Assembly (NCBI RefSeq): GCF_001194135.2
Contig: NC_068993.1
Span: 49,557,504-49,621,503 of the forward strand
Origin: Octopus bimaculoides
Lineage: Eukaryota
Length of the DNA stretch: 64,000 bases
Reading direction: 5' to 3'
How positions within the stretch are numbered: the first letter of the stretch is position 1; each line of letters starts with the position of its first letter. Of this stretch, positions 12,561 to 25,128 are shown piece by piece. Position numbers and translations under genes: made by a program. The notes under the pieces are model-generated. The model did not search any database and was not told the DNA's origin. It saw only the letters and a list, made by a program, of their open reading frames with translations.

Positions 12561-13078
12561 ATATGAACCCACATGCATCTGTGCATGCGCAAACACCTAG
12601 TGATGAAGCATGCTAATGGATAAGCCTCTACATGGTTATACAACCTACAAGAAATAACAAGCAAGCAAACCTCCCTCAAATCACACCCCCACTATGTTCA
12701 AAAAGAATGAACCCATTGGATAATATTGTCACAGACTAATCTTAGAAAAGAGAAAATGGTAAAGTATGGTCATGGTTGGAATGGTTTTTATCATAGGTCT
12801 GTCTATTCCATCATGGTTGACCTGGGGCTGAACACCACCACCAACAACAGTAGCAACAACAACAACGTAATTATCACTGTTTGCTGGCATTTGGAAGAAC
12901 ATCTTTCTCTGTCTCTGTTTTTCTCTCTCTCTTTCTGTCTCTTTTTCTCTTTCTCTTCGGGCACTGCTTATCTCCACCTGTCTTTTCATCAACATATCAC
13001 TTACTTAGATCTTAATCTCATTACCTTTCTTCAAGTTCTCATTTCATTCACCTCATCTACTCTCTATATCTTTCTCTC

Positions 13079-13080
<2 letters not shown>

Positions 13081-13164
<84 letters not shown>
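13081..13164. repeat. Compound (CA)n(CT)n microsatellite
   Basis: Direct reading. It underlies ORF 12726-13238. Confidence 0.97.
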
Positions 13165-13168
<4 letters not shown>

Positions 13169-14083
13169 TGTTCATTTCTCTCTGTCCACATCATCTGTTC
13201 TTATCAGATGTTCGTACATCTCTGTCTTTCTTGCATGAAATAGAATTATCATAATTTATTTATTTATTTATTTATGTTTTTGCCTCAAAATGCAAATGGA
13301 ATGGTTTTCTATGAAACAGCATATGTTAACATGTTGTTAGCATTTATAGGTTGATAATGTGAATGCACTAAAAGTATTGCTTATTTCAACTTGAGGATTC
13401 GGTTCTGAGCTAATACTACTGTAGGTTTAGGTAAACTATCTACAAAATCAATGAACATGATTATTAATGTTCTAATAAGGAATGATGATAAAAGAAACAA
13501 AATAGATAAGCAAAATGACAAAACAAAATAACCAACGTTTCTCTTTTAAGTTAATGATTATTCTTGCTAAGACTGCATCTTTGCAAATGTGAAAATATAC
13601 AATCTTTTCTCAGATAATGTTTTCTACCAAGTCCTCCATAGATTTCCTCTTGTACAGAATTTCAGGAAGTTACATGTTAATGCTTATTGAAAACTTGAAT
13701 ATAAATTTATCAGGAATTCTGCACAGCTACGTTGTTTTGAGAATTCTGCCTTGTGACAGAGAGATAATGAGATATAGACATGATAGAGAGATTATAGTCA
13801 GAAGGATAGATGGTAGAGGAGGAAAAGAAGAAGAGGAGGAGACGAAGAGGAGACAAATGAAAATGTAGATTCTTCATTTTAAGTACAAATTTCTTAATAA
13901 CAATCATTGGTTCTGCTGTTAGCAATAATGACTGACAGGTGTAATTTTTGCTGGCTAATAATGATGCAACTTCAGTGTACAACGTTGATCATTATTTAGT
14001 AGTTTCCTTTGTTAATTTTTTTACTTTACACCTTCGAACCATGCACAACAGCAGTAGCAGCTGCTGCTGTCACCACCACCACC

Positions 14084-14115
<32 letters not shown>

Positions 14116-14332
14116 AATTAGGCAAATTGGTCTACCTTTTTATCTCTGTTTTCGGGTTTCAGCTATATATATTTATATGCTTTTGTTCTTTTTTTTCTTC
14201 TTCCTGATGTAATGGCAGGAATGAACAGTCTCATCGTTATTGCTAATTTCAACTGTTGCTAACTGTCCCTCGGGCATTTCAAATAAATGCATATGCATAG
14301 ATATGTATGTGTCTACACATAATCTCTCTCTC

Positions 14333-14414
<82 letters not shown>

Positions 14415-15167
14415 TATAATCGATTCTCTTCTTTTGCTAAAATTTTAATTTCCTCAAGAAATATGTCACTCCATCTTTTTCATTCTCACATTCTCTCTAT
14501 TGTCTCAGTTTTTCTCTCACTTTTACTCAACTCCATCTCTTTCTCTCTCTCTCACACACACATACACACACTTTCTCTTTGCTTATCTGTTGGTTTATCT
14601 TTTCTATTCTCTATCTCCTTAACTATCTCTCACATTCACTACATCTCTGTAAGTCTCTAAATGTTGCTCCCACCTACCACTACCATCACTATTCCCAATA
14701 GAAAAGACATTTCTGTCATGATCTTATTCTGTTTGTTTTCTGTTTTTTTCTGGTGCTTGAATATGAATTTGTCTTTTTAATTCCTATACCTAGAGAGCTT
14801 TGTTGTCAAAATTAACCCTTCTTTGATTGAGAAAGCTGCCTTTCTCCAATCGTTGTACACCATAGAAATCGCCACCTTTATCATAGGAACCTACAAAATC
14901 ACAATATAGTTGTCACTAGAACTACCACTGCTACTTAGACATTTCCAGTTTCTTCTCAACGACTCAACCTGCTTTCATGGTTATTGGCCTGATATAAATT
15001 TAAGAGTAACATTTAGCAGTGCCTTCTCTTCTGTCTTTTACTGATATTCCATAAATTCTATTCACAACCTCTCTTTTTCTATCTCTCTTTCACTCACACA
15101 CACACACACACACAAACACTACTGTTTGATTTTAGAAACTCCAGAAAATTTTTAAGCCACTTCAAAG

Positions 15168-15210
<43 letters not shown>

Positions 15211-15689
15211 AAGACAGAAAGACAGTAATCACTGTGATGTGAAGACAAGTATTTTGGTGACATAGATGCTGAGTGGTTGTAGTACTGCTGTTGGTAATAG
15301 GGTGGGTGAGAGTGTAAGGATTATAGCTAGAAGTAGTGCTGTTTTGGCAGGGGTTATAGTATGGTTGCTCATGATACTGTTTGAGAGAGTGTTAGTAATA
15401 GATATTCTTTTATAAGTCTTTTATACCTGCTTTCTTTATTCTGGTTGAAGGACATGTCATAACATCTTCAGAAGGACTTGAACTCACTGTGTAATCTGAT
15501 GAAACTACTGGAAGTCATTAACTTAACCACTTTTTGTTTTCACTCCATTACCTGCCATACAAAAAAGCAACAACTTTCGAAAACCAACCACAAAAATTGC
15601 AACTTAAGCAGCTCAAAAAAACACTTCAACTCTCGCAACCAACACCAACAACAACAATAATAATTACAATAATAATGGCTTTGAAGAAG

Positions 15690-16030
15690 CGGGTTAGTCA
15701 GTGCTATCAATGCTAGTACTTTATGTTATTGATTTCAGAAACATGATAGTCTCAAAGTTGACCTTAGCACGATTTGAACTGAGCCAGAACAGAAATTGCT
15801 GAGCATTTTGTCTGATGCTTTAAGTATAAGTATTCTGCCAATCCAACAATGGTTTCTAATTTAGGCACAAGGCCAGAAGTTCTGAGGGTACTGGGTTAGT
15901 GGATGTTATCAACTCTGGAGTGATGCAGGCGCAGCGAACGCCAGGAGGATTTGAACTCTAAATGTAAAGAGCTGGAAGAATTACCACAAAGTATTTTTCA
16001 GCTGCTCTAATGATTGTCCCAACATGCCAG
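15690..16030 (-). mobile_element. Two adjacent degenerate family C SINE copies
   Basis: Two gatttgaact B-box remnants (~15771 and ~15948), plus tggtttctaatttaggcacaaggccag at ~15848-15875. Confidence 0.7.
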
Positions 16031-16507
16031 AGGTAGTGGTGGTGGTGGCAGTGGTGGTAACAGCAGTTGTTGTTGTCATCGCACTTGGGGACAGTGTTCA
16101 TACTAGAGAAACTGCCATTGTGATTTATTGTGGTAGTTGCCTGTTATTACAGTAGTGGTTGTTATATTCCTGGAAACAGCAACAACAATGTTTAGTGGTG
16201 ATGTTTGGTAAAGTGGATGATAGAGGTCTGTGGCAGCCTTCTTGCTGAAGTAGTGTGTTATATTATATTGTTGTGATTATTAGTGTTGATAATTCACAAT
16301 GGGGTGTAGAAATCTGTAGGAAATTTATTGGTGTTATTGTAGAATAATCATCATCATTCAACATATTTCAATATGTAAAGCCAGCTTTTATTGTGGTCGT
16401 AGGTTTTGATTGGCCAGTGTTTTAGCTGGGCAGATATGCGCCACAGAAATAGGCAATTGAAAAGTTGAAAGCTAGAGGGCAACCAATAGATCTCACTTGC
16501 ACAAGCA

Positions 16508-16544
<37 letters not shown>

Positions 16545-17789
16545 ACACACAAAATATGCTCAATTTTTGATTAGCTTTTAGACCATGCTGTGTTCTCCAC
16601 CATTCTATGATTGATTGTGTGGGATGCAGTATGACAGTCAGGGCATGCCACATCCAGTCTAGTGTCTTGTCTGTTCTACTACGCACAGATGGTATGATGG
16701 TAAATGCAGTGAAGATTGATATGATTACCGTTATAATTTGTACTCTTACACAGTTGGAAGCTAACGAAAAGATCGGTAGATTTGGATCTGTATTTATCTT
16801 CTGTCTGTGTGAAGTAGAAATTATAACTGGACGTACAGAAATGCTGGTATTGTGTAGAAATATTATTTTTTCTTTGAACTCACACGTGTGCATAGTGGTG
16901 TAAAAGTACTATGCTTGTTGGCATTGTCAAGGATAAACTGTGCTAATCATTTGTCTGTGTTTTTTGCACTTTTGAAGTTTTTGATACTCATTTTACTGCA
17001 TTGGTGAGGAAATTTATATACTGGTGAGTGTCCTTGAGAAAGACACTTTTGAGAAAAGATGTGTGTGTGTGTATGTGCCTTTTGTGCATGTCAGAAAATA
17101 GTCCAACTGTATTAGCATTGTCCATATTATATATATTGGAAAAATATTGAGAAATGATTGAGAATGCATCAAATACATATGTGTGTGTGTGTATTTCAAT
17201 TAATTAAATGTCAATTAGATTTTAGGTTTTTTCCCTGTCTGTCCACTATCTACTCGTCTGCTCTTCCTATATATTTGAAGTCTGGTCAAGCAGATTTATG
17301 AGATGAACATAGTTGATCAAACACTGTGGTATACCTAACTCTATAAACACTTATGTTCCCTAATATAATCAGCATGTAAGTTTGTATTGAACCTCAATAC
17401 TTCAGCTTTTCTTGTCATCTCCATCCCATCTTTATTTTTGTTTTCCTGTTTTCTAAAGACAGTGGGGTATAAGGGGAAGAATTTTGGCTGCTATTTCTAG
17501 CAGGTTGAACAGTTGTGTTGAAGGTCTCTTATTTGTTGAGTAACAGCAATAAAAAATATGAATGTTATCTTGCATAATCTTCACATTTATCGATTCTAGA
17601 AACCTTGCCATAATCAAAGAGGCTTCCTTTCCATTTGATTATTATTATTTTTTGAAAAGAAAATGAAATAAAAAAGAAGCAAGTAAGCAAAAACTTTGAA
17701 AATACATAAATATTTGACCAAATTAGCTTTCTATAAAGCAACTGGTTTGTTGCTTTCTAAAACGACTCTGTAGAGCTTCTATTTATTTC

Positions 17790-18000
17790 TTTTATCTTTT
17801 ACTTGTTTCAGTCATTAGGCTGTGGTTATGCAGGGGCTCCCGTTTTTAAGAATTTTAGTCAAATGAATCGACCCCAGTACTTATTTTGCTTTGTAAAGCC
17901 TGATACTTATTCTCTCAGTTGTTTTTGCTGTAATGCTAGGTTACAAGGACGTAAACACACCAACACCAGTTGTCGAGTGATAGTAGAGAGGACAAACACA
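17790..18000 (-). mobile_element. SINE family B, 3' half
   Basis: ttacttgtttcagtcattaggctgtgg...aatcgaccccagtacttatttt...gatacttattc matches the other B copies. Confidence 0.85.
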
Positions 18001-18019
18001 TACACAAAGACATGCACAC

Positions 18020-18057
<38 letters not shown>

Positions 18058-18171
18058 CAAAGAATTATACAGAGGATTCCAAGGTGGCAAACACAAACCA
18101 AGACAGGAAAAAATGGACAGTGAAAACAACATTCAAAAGCCATACGGCCAAACGCAAATCTGAGGTAGAAC

Positions 18172-18509
18172 NNNNNNNNNNNNNNNNNNNNNNNNNNNNN
18201 NNNNNNNNNNNNNNNNNNNNNNNNNNNNNNNNNNNNNNNNNNNNNNNNNNNNNNNNNNNNNNNNNNNNNNNNNNNNNNNNNNNNNNNNNNNNNNNNNNNN
18301 NNNNNNNNNNNNNNNNNNNNNNNNNNNNNNNNNNNNNNNNNNNNNNNNNNNNNNNNNNNNNNNNNNNNNNNNNNNNNNNNNNNNNNNNNNNNNNNNNNNN
18401 NNNNNNNNNNNNNNNNNNNNNNNNNNNNNNNNNNNNNNNNNNNNNNNNNNNNNNNNNNNNNNNNNNNNNNNNNNNNNNNNNNNNNNNNNNNNNNNNNNNN
18501 NNNNNNNNN
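18172..18509. other. Assembly gap (N); further gaps at 20070-20092, 26588-26696, 28232-28241, 38699-38853 and 57982-58083
   Basis: Runs of N, mostly abutting simple repeats. Confidence 1.
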
Positions 18510-18814
18510 ATAGATAGAAAGATAGATAGATAGATAGATAGAAAGATAGTCACGTCAGAATAATAGTAGACTTACTTGCAAAAAAGGACGTGTGCGTTCA
18601 ATAATGTAATAATACAAAGAATATATATACATGTATACACACATATATGTACATACTTACATCTACATGTGTATATACATGCATATCAGGGTACAGGACG
18701 TTAGAACAATAAACTACAGACAACGGAACGAACACATAGGAAAACGGAAAGCCACTTGGAATATCCCTTCATCAGCTGTCTCTATTCTATCTAGACGTTT
18801 CGAAGACAAGATAT

Positions 18815-18983
18815 ATATATGATGGGCTTCTTTCAGTTTCCGTCTACCAAATTCACTCACAAAGCTTCAGTTGGCCTGAAGCTGTAGTAGAAGACACATG
18901 CCCAAGGTACCATGCAGTGGGACTGAACCCGAAACCATGTGGTTAGGAAGCAAACTTCTTACCATACAGCCACACCTGCACCT
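18815..18983 (-). mobile_element. SINE family B, 5' tRNA-like head
   Basis: Reverse complement of 9720-9880 (gcagtgggactgaacccgaaaccatgtgg; ttaccatacagccacacctgc). Confidence 0.88.
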
Positions 18984-20337
18984 ATTTATTTAATATCATT
19001 TAATATTTCCTTTTCTTATTTTCCTTCTTGATTTGTAAGTTTTAATTCGTTTTTCTAATCCCTTTAGTATGACTGACCAAATATAAAAGCTGACATCGTT
19101 TGACCATGTATTACAAACATGGTCTGATGGAATTAAAGTGTTGTTGGTATATTAGAAATATCTCTGTAGAACTCTTTTCTTTTATACTACGATTTTCATT
19201 TGGTGCCCACCCCACCATATAGCTATATACACTTGCTCACTCACACTTAAACACACATACATACACACACACAAGATCACTGCATGCACATACACACTCA
19301 CACAACACACTTTGGACAGGAACATATGTAGACTTGTAGATATTTATGCTCAAGAATATCCTCCTCTCACTTCAGCTTGTAAATGCATACATAAATCTTA
19401 CCTATACACTTGAAGCATTAACATATACACAACACAATTCAATACACATACAGAAATAACTAACAGAGCATCATACACACACACACACACACACACACAC
19501 AAGCTCATGCTCATATAAACAGTCACATGTTCAGATGCAGGCATATGATGCTCACTCTCTCACACACACACATACTCATACACAGTCAACGCTGCAATGT
19601 CGACCATGTTTACTGCTCTCCTTTGCCCACAAGATGAGATTATCATCCATAGCTCTGGTTGGACTTATTAATAATTAACTCACTGTTAGAGTTGCCAAGC
19701 ATGTTAGCTGTGTTCTGTGTATCCTTTGTAGGGCCTCGCTGTCAAAATGTCGGATACTTACTTCAATGGCCAGTTTTAACTGGACACAGACAGCTGGAAA
19801 GAACTAGTTGTTTTCACAGTCTCTCTCTCTCTCTCTCTCTCTCTTTCCTCCATCGCCATTCACTTCCACCAACACTTTCCTTTTCCTCCTTCGTCTTTCT
19901 TGCCTGACAACTGACAAACCAACACCTGGTTTCGTCAGAATATTGGTTAGTTCCAATGCAATTCTGTCAAGCTGCTTTTCAGTTGCAAGCAAACATGCAT
20001 TTTTCATGAAAATCAAATTGATTGTATTTATTTATTTATTTATTTATTTATTTATTACCCCCCCCCCCCNNNNNNNNNNNNNNNNNNNNNNNACCGTATC
20101 TGCAACCTAATATCTTCACTCATCTTGCTTTTATATTGTTCTTATTCAAAATTGTGTTGTTCTTTCCAAAAATATTTCAGAGCTGGGTCCTTCATTCTAA
20201 TTCAATGGCTGATATAAATGTAACTTTTATCTGACTCTGTTTCTTTTTCTTTCTCTCTCAGTCCCTATTACACACACACACACATCCGCACACGCACGCA
20301 TGCACACACATGCGCACACACATACACACACACATAT

Positions 20338-20655
20338 GGCACTCCATAGGTTACCATGACGAGGATTCCAGTTGAGCCAATCAATGAAACAGCTTGATCA
20401 TGAAATTAGCATGCAAGTGACTGAGCACTCCACAGACATGTGAACCCTTATTGTAGTTCTCAGGGAGATTCTGTGTGACACGGAATGTGACAAGGCTGGC
20501 CCTTTGAATTACAAGCACTGCTCATTTTTGCCAGCTGAGTGGACTGGAGCAAAGTGAAACAAAGTGTCTTGCTCAAAGTCACAATGTGCCACCGAGAATC
20601 GAACTCTTAATCTTACGATCATGAGCTGAATACCTGTGCCACAAAGCCACATGCC
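20338..20655 (-). mobile_element. Composite tRNA-SINE: family E-type head plus family D 3' module
   Basis: 20338-20512 is roughly 80% identical by eye to the reverse complement of 21212-21386. 20520-20655 resembles the 9400-9520 head. Confidence 0.85.
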
Positions 20656-21006
20656 TTCAATATATGTATATATTTTATATATTTTATATATATGTGTGTG
20701 TGTGTGTGTGTGTAAATAGATAATAATTTTGATGTCATTTGACCTCAGAGGAAATGTATTGGTGTGTTATTTATAAGGATTTTACTCTTCCTTAAATTCC
20801 TCTCACAAACCTAAGTAGGTTCAGTTTTAATGGTGATAATTGAGTAGGACATATTCCACTGGATGTGATACTAGTCTCTCACAGGCTGGATGCTTACAGT
20901 ATTGAAACATTAAATGAGAAATCCAGTGTTTAAATCCACTGATTTGACACTTAGTAGTAGAATGCTACTCAGATTGCTAATTCTTTAAAGCTTATTATTT
21001 GCTCTA

Positions 21007-21392
21007 GTGGGGGCACAATGGCCCAGTGGTTAGGGCAGGGGATTCGCGGTCATAGGATCGCGGTTTCGATTCCCAGACCGGGCGTTGTGAGTGTTTATTG
21101 AGCGAAAACACCTAAAGCTCCATGAGGCTCCGGCAGGGGATGGTGGCGAACCCTGCTGTACTCTTTCACCAAAACTTTCTCTCACTCTTGCTTCCTGTTT
21201 CGGTTGTGTCTGTAATTCAAAGGGCCAGCCTTGTCACACTGTGTGTCACGCTGAATATCCCCGAGAACTACGTTAAGGGTACACATGTCTGTGGAGTGCT
21301 CAGCCACTTGCACGTTAATTTCATGAGCAGGCTGTTCCGTTGATCGGATAAACTGGAACCATCGACGTCGTAAGCGATGGAGTGCCAACAAC
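21007..21392 (+). mobile_element. Full-length tRNA-derived SINE (family D) with a 13-bp target-site duplication
   Basis: A-box TGGCCCAGTGG (21019-21029), B-box-like GGTTTCGATTCC (21062-21073), (AAC)n tail, and TSD ATTATTTGCTCTA at 20994-21006 and 21393-21405. Confidence 0.95.
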
Positions 21393-23489
21393 ATTATTTG
21401 CTCTAAATCCTATTGGAGATTTTTGCTTATTTGTCAGCTTCTAAACTGTCAAATGTCTACTTTTAATTCAACAATTGGAAGTCTTAGTTGATTGTGTCAT
21501 TAAATTGACCTCCAAAACAAGGAGTTAACAATTCATAGCCAGTCTTAGCAAAGACAATATTCTTCAGTTCAATCCACTTAGCTGAAAAGAAGCACTCTGA
21601 GAAAGTAATATTGTTGATTGGTAGAACTGGTAGTCAGTCAGACTGCTTTGTGTTTTATTTCATTGTATTTCTTTACATTCTGAGTTCAAATCACAATGAG
21701 GTCAACTTTGCATTTCATCCTTCCCTTAGCCAATAAAATAATGTACCTGTTTATTTAATCGACTCTAATCTCTCCACAGAATGTGTGGTTTCATTCTCAG
21801 TATTAAAAATCAATATCATGTAATATATTTCAGAAATAGTGCCTCAATAATTACTGTCAGAATCATGGGAACAAACAGTTCAATGAACATATTGTCTTTT
21901 GCACTTAACAGAGTGGCTATTTTACTAAATGTGTATGTGTGTGTGTGAGATCCTGGTTTAAGCCCTGGTAATTTATTTATTCAGATATAAGCCTTCTCTA
22001 CTTCTTTCCTCATTATTTTATTTCTATATAAATGTTAGCCCTCACAAGCTTTCCTGTTTAATGCCTCACTTATGTTATTGTTGTGATTGTTAGTGTGGTA
22101 GTTGACAGTCATTAGCAATACTATCTGAATGTATGATTTCGTTCATGAGATGTTTAACAAGTCCTACACCTGTTCTCTGGGGCAGCTTTCAAACATTTAT
22201 GTGAGTGCTTTGCATTTCAGATTTTTAATTCTTTCCTCAGCTGCTGCCATCCACTGCCATATAAATGATGTTGAGCAAACACTCTACATCCTGTTGATAT
22301 CCCCTTATTTAAAAACAGTTCAATAATAATTGTTCCCCACTAACGTCAGTTTACAATCATAGGTTTGAACAGTACTTTGGAGTATTTGCATGCCAAATCC
22401 TTATTATTTCTGTTGAGCCATAAAGTGGACTGACATTAGAAAGCCCCACTCACCCTGTATTGAAATTTATTTACAGTTTATGTCTTACTCTTTTTCGTTT
22501 GTCATTTTGTTTTTTGCTCATCAGTTTGTATTGCTGTTGAAGTTGGCGAAACTATATTAGCTTCCTTCAAAAGCTATGTCTACCTTCTTTAAATGCACTT
22601 AACTCTTTAAAATTATTTGAAGATTTAAAATAATATAATAATAATAAAAATGATAATAATAGCAAGAGCAGAAGGAGAAAATAATTGGAAACTATCTCAA
22701 TAGTTCTCCATGTAATAAAGCAATAAAAATGTAATTTTTATTTAAATGGCCTTTTAAAACTATATTAATATTTTGGAACATAATCACTACCTGCGTTTTC
22801 TCTCAGAGAGTATGCTATGAAGAGAAAGAAAAACAAAAACATTTTTATTACTGCATTTGTTTTTGTTTTAAATTTTCTTTCGCAGTTATATTTATCTTTT
22901 TATCTTTTCTTTTGCGGCAAACTTTTGCAATACAGTTTAATCCATAAGAACTTTTTATAATCATCACCATCATCATCATCATGTCAGTGCCGCCTCTCCT
23001 CCTCTTCATCATCATCACCATCACCATCACCATCATCATTGCCATCATCATGATCGTTAATAATCACTCTTGGTTTATGTGAATATTAACCATGAAAATT
23101 TTCATTGATAGCCTGGGAATCTCACATGAGAATTGATTTAGCTAACTTAAAGTAATTCATACACAATATATTGTTTTATCTGAAGAAATATTAAATATTT
23201 CTACCTGCTCAAAAGGATTACACATGTATATACAAACACATATGCATGTGTCTGTATTAGCAAATGAAAAGAAGTAGAAACATGTAAATATTCATTTACA
23301 TGAATACATTTAGTAACAAGGTAATTGTCATTTTTTAAACACAATTGTTGCTAAATAGTTTATCATTACTAAAACTATTTACCAGATGCCAATTTAATTA
23401 TGCTTTACCATTTATAGAAAATTTCTTTGGCATGTAAACTATTGCAATAAAATTTCTTTGTCTAAAAGAACAATACCAACAACAACGGC

Positions 23490-23544
<55 letters not shown>
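23490..23544. repeat. (AAT)n microsatellite
   Basis: Direct reading. Confidence 0.97.
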
Positions 23545-23548
<4 letters not shown>

Positions 23549-24933
23549 CAATAATAACAAATTACTAAATAAATTTTTTTAATTTTTGGTTATTTCTGAA
23601 ATACATTAATCAATATTGGAACATGAAACATTAATCTATGTTCTGTCATCTGATGGCTATTATTAGAATAAATGAAATTTCTGTTAATTACTCTCTCTGG
23701 CTGTACTTTATTGCAATAGGGACTGAGATAGGCATCTATTCCTTCCATAATGGCTTCCAGATATTCCCTTTTTTTAATTTTTGGTTTTCTTCTTAGTATA
23801 TTTTAACCAACAAAAACCTTTATTTTATTTTATTTTATTTATTTATTTTTTGTTTAATTAGTTAAAATCATTAAATGTTTAAGTAGTTAATTTTCAGCAT
23901 TCACAATTAAGCATTTGTACTGTTACTTTATTTTTTTTTTTTTTTTTTTTAATACTTTTTATGATATGATAATATTGTAAATCCTCTCTTTGCATGTTAA
24001 ATCGATGGGTGGAGAGATAATGTAATATGTTAACTAAATTATGGTTAATGTAACAAGTTTTTTAAACATTTTGCTAACGTGAGTATTACACGACCATAGT
24101 ATTGAGAATAGAAGTAGTAATGATAATTTCACAGTGAAAGTTATTATTTAACCCCCCCCTCCCTGGTGAGTTGTGTTGTAGAAGAGCTATAACCAAAGGC
24201 ATTCCAACCATGACCACCCTATCTTTTTCTCAGATATAGTGTATGTAGGACCACAGTATTCGCTGTATTCTTCCAGTCTATTTTAAGAGATGGTAGGGTG
24301 TTATATGAGCTTCTAGTAGGTTAAAGAACCGCATTGAGGCCTCTCCCCAACTTTTTCTTCTTTTAGCATCAAAGTATTATAAAGCACAGTGAAAATTATA
24401 CTTATATGAAAATGCTACTTCCATCTACTGAATTCCAGATTGGGGTAGCATTGGTTGTTGTGATGGTGGGTCAGTTAACTATTAACATCTATAAATTTGT
24501 TACTATCTGCCTGTTTGGGAAATCTTTGTTTGACCTACTCAAAAAATATGCTAACACAGTCTAATCAGATGCAGATTCAATCTAATATGCAACTATTCCT
24601 TTCTTGAATTGAACCTGCTGTGATGTACATTGACTAGAAACCTAAATTTTTTACTTTGAAAAAAAAAATTATTTTTTATATAAACTCATTCCGTCAAGTT
24701 TACAAGTGTGTGTGTATGTGTGTGTGTGTGTGTAATACTTGTCATGTCATAGAAGACTGTCTTCAGGTTGGCTTGTGCCATACTCTTCACAATAGCATTT
24801 ATGAGTTTCTTTTAAGTGTTGCTCGAAGCTCCACATAGCGGGACTGAACCCAAAACTACATGATTATAAAATGAATTGTTTAACTGTATACACACACACA
24901 CACACACACACACACTTTCATATATGGGTACAT

Positions 24934-25081
24934 ATCATCATCATCGTTTAACGTCCGCTTTCCATGCTAGCATGGCTTAGACGATTTGACTGAGGACTGG
25001 TGAACCAGATGGCTACACCAACCAGGCTCCAATCTGATTTGGCAGAGTTTCTACAGCTGGATGGCTTTCCTAACGCCAACC

Positions 25082-25086
<5 letters not shown>
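24934..25086 (-). mobile_element. SINE family A, truncated
   Basis: catcatcatcgtttaacgtccgctttccatgctagcatgg... is near-identical to 8655-8800. Confidence 0.92.

Positions 25087-25128
<42 letters not shown>

Noticed and set aside
21007-21085. tRNA gene
   Set aside because: A/B boxes are present, but no full cloverleaf or acceptor stem forms. It continues into a SINE body flanked by a TSD.
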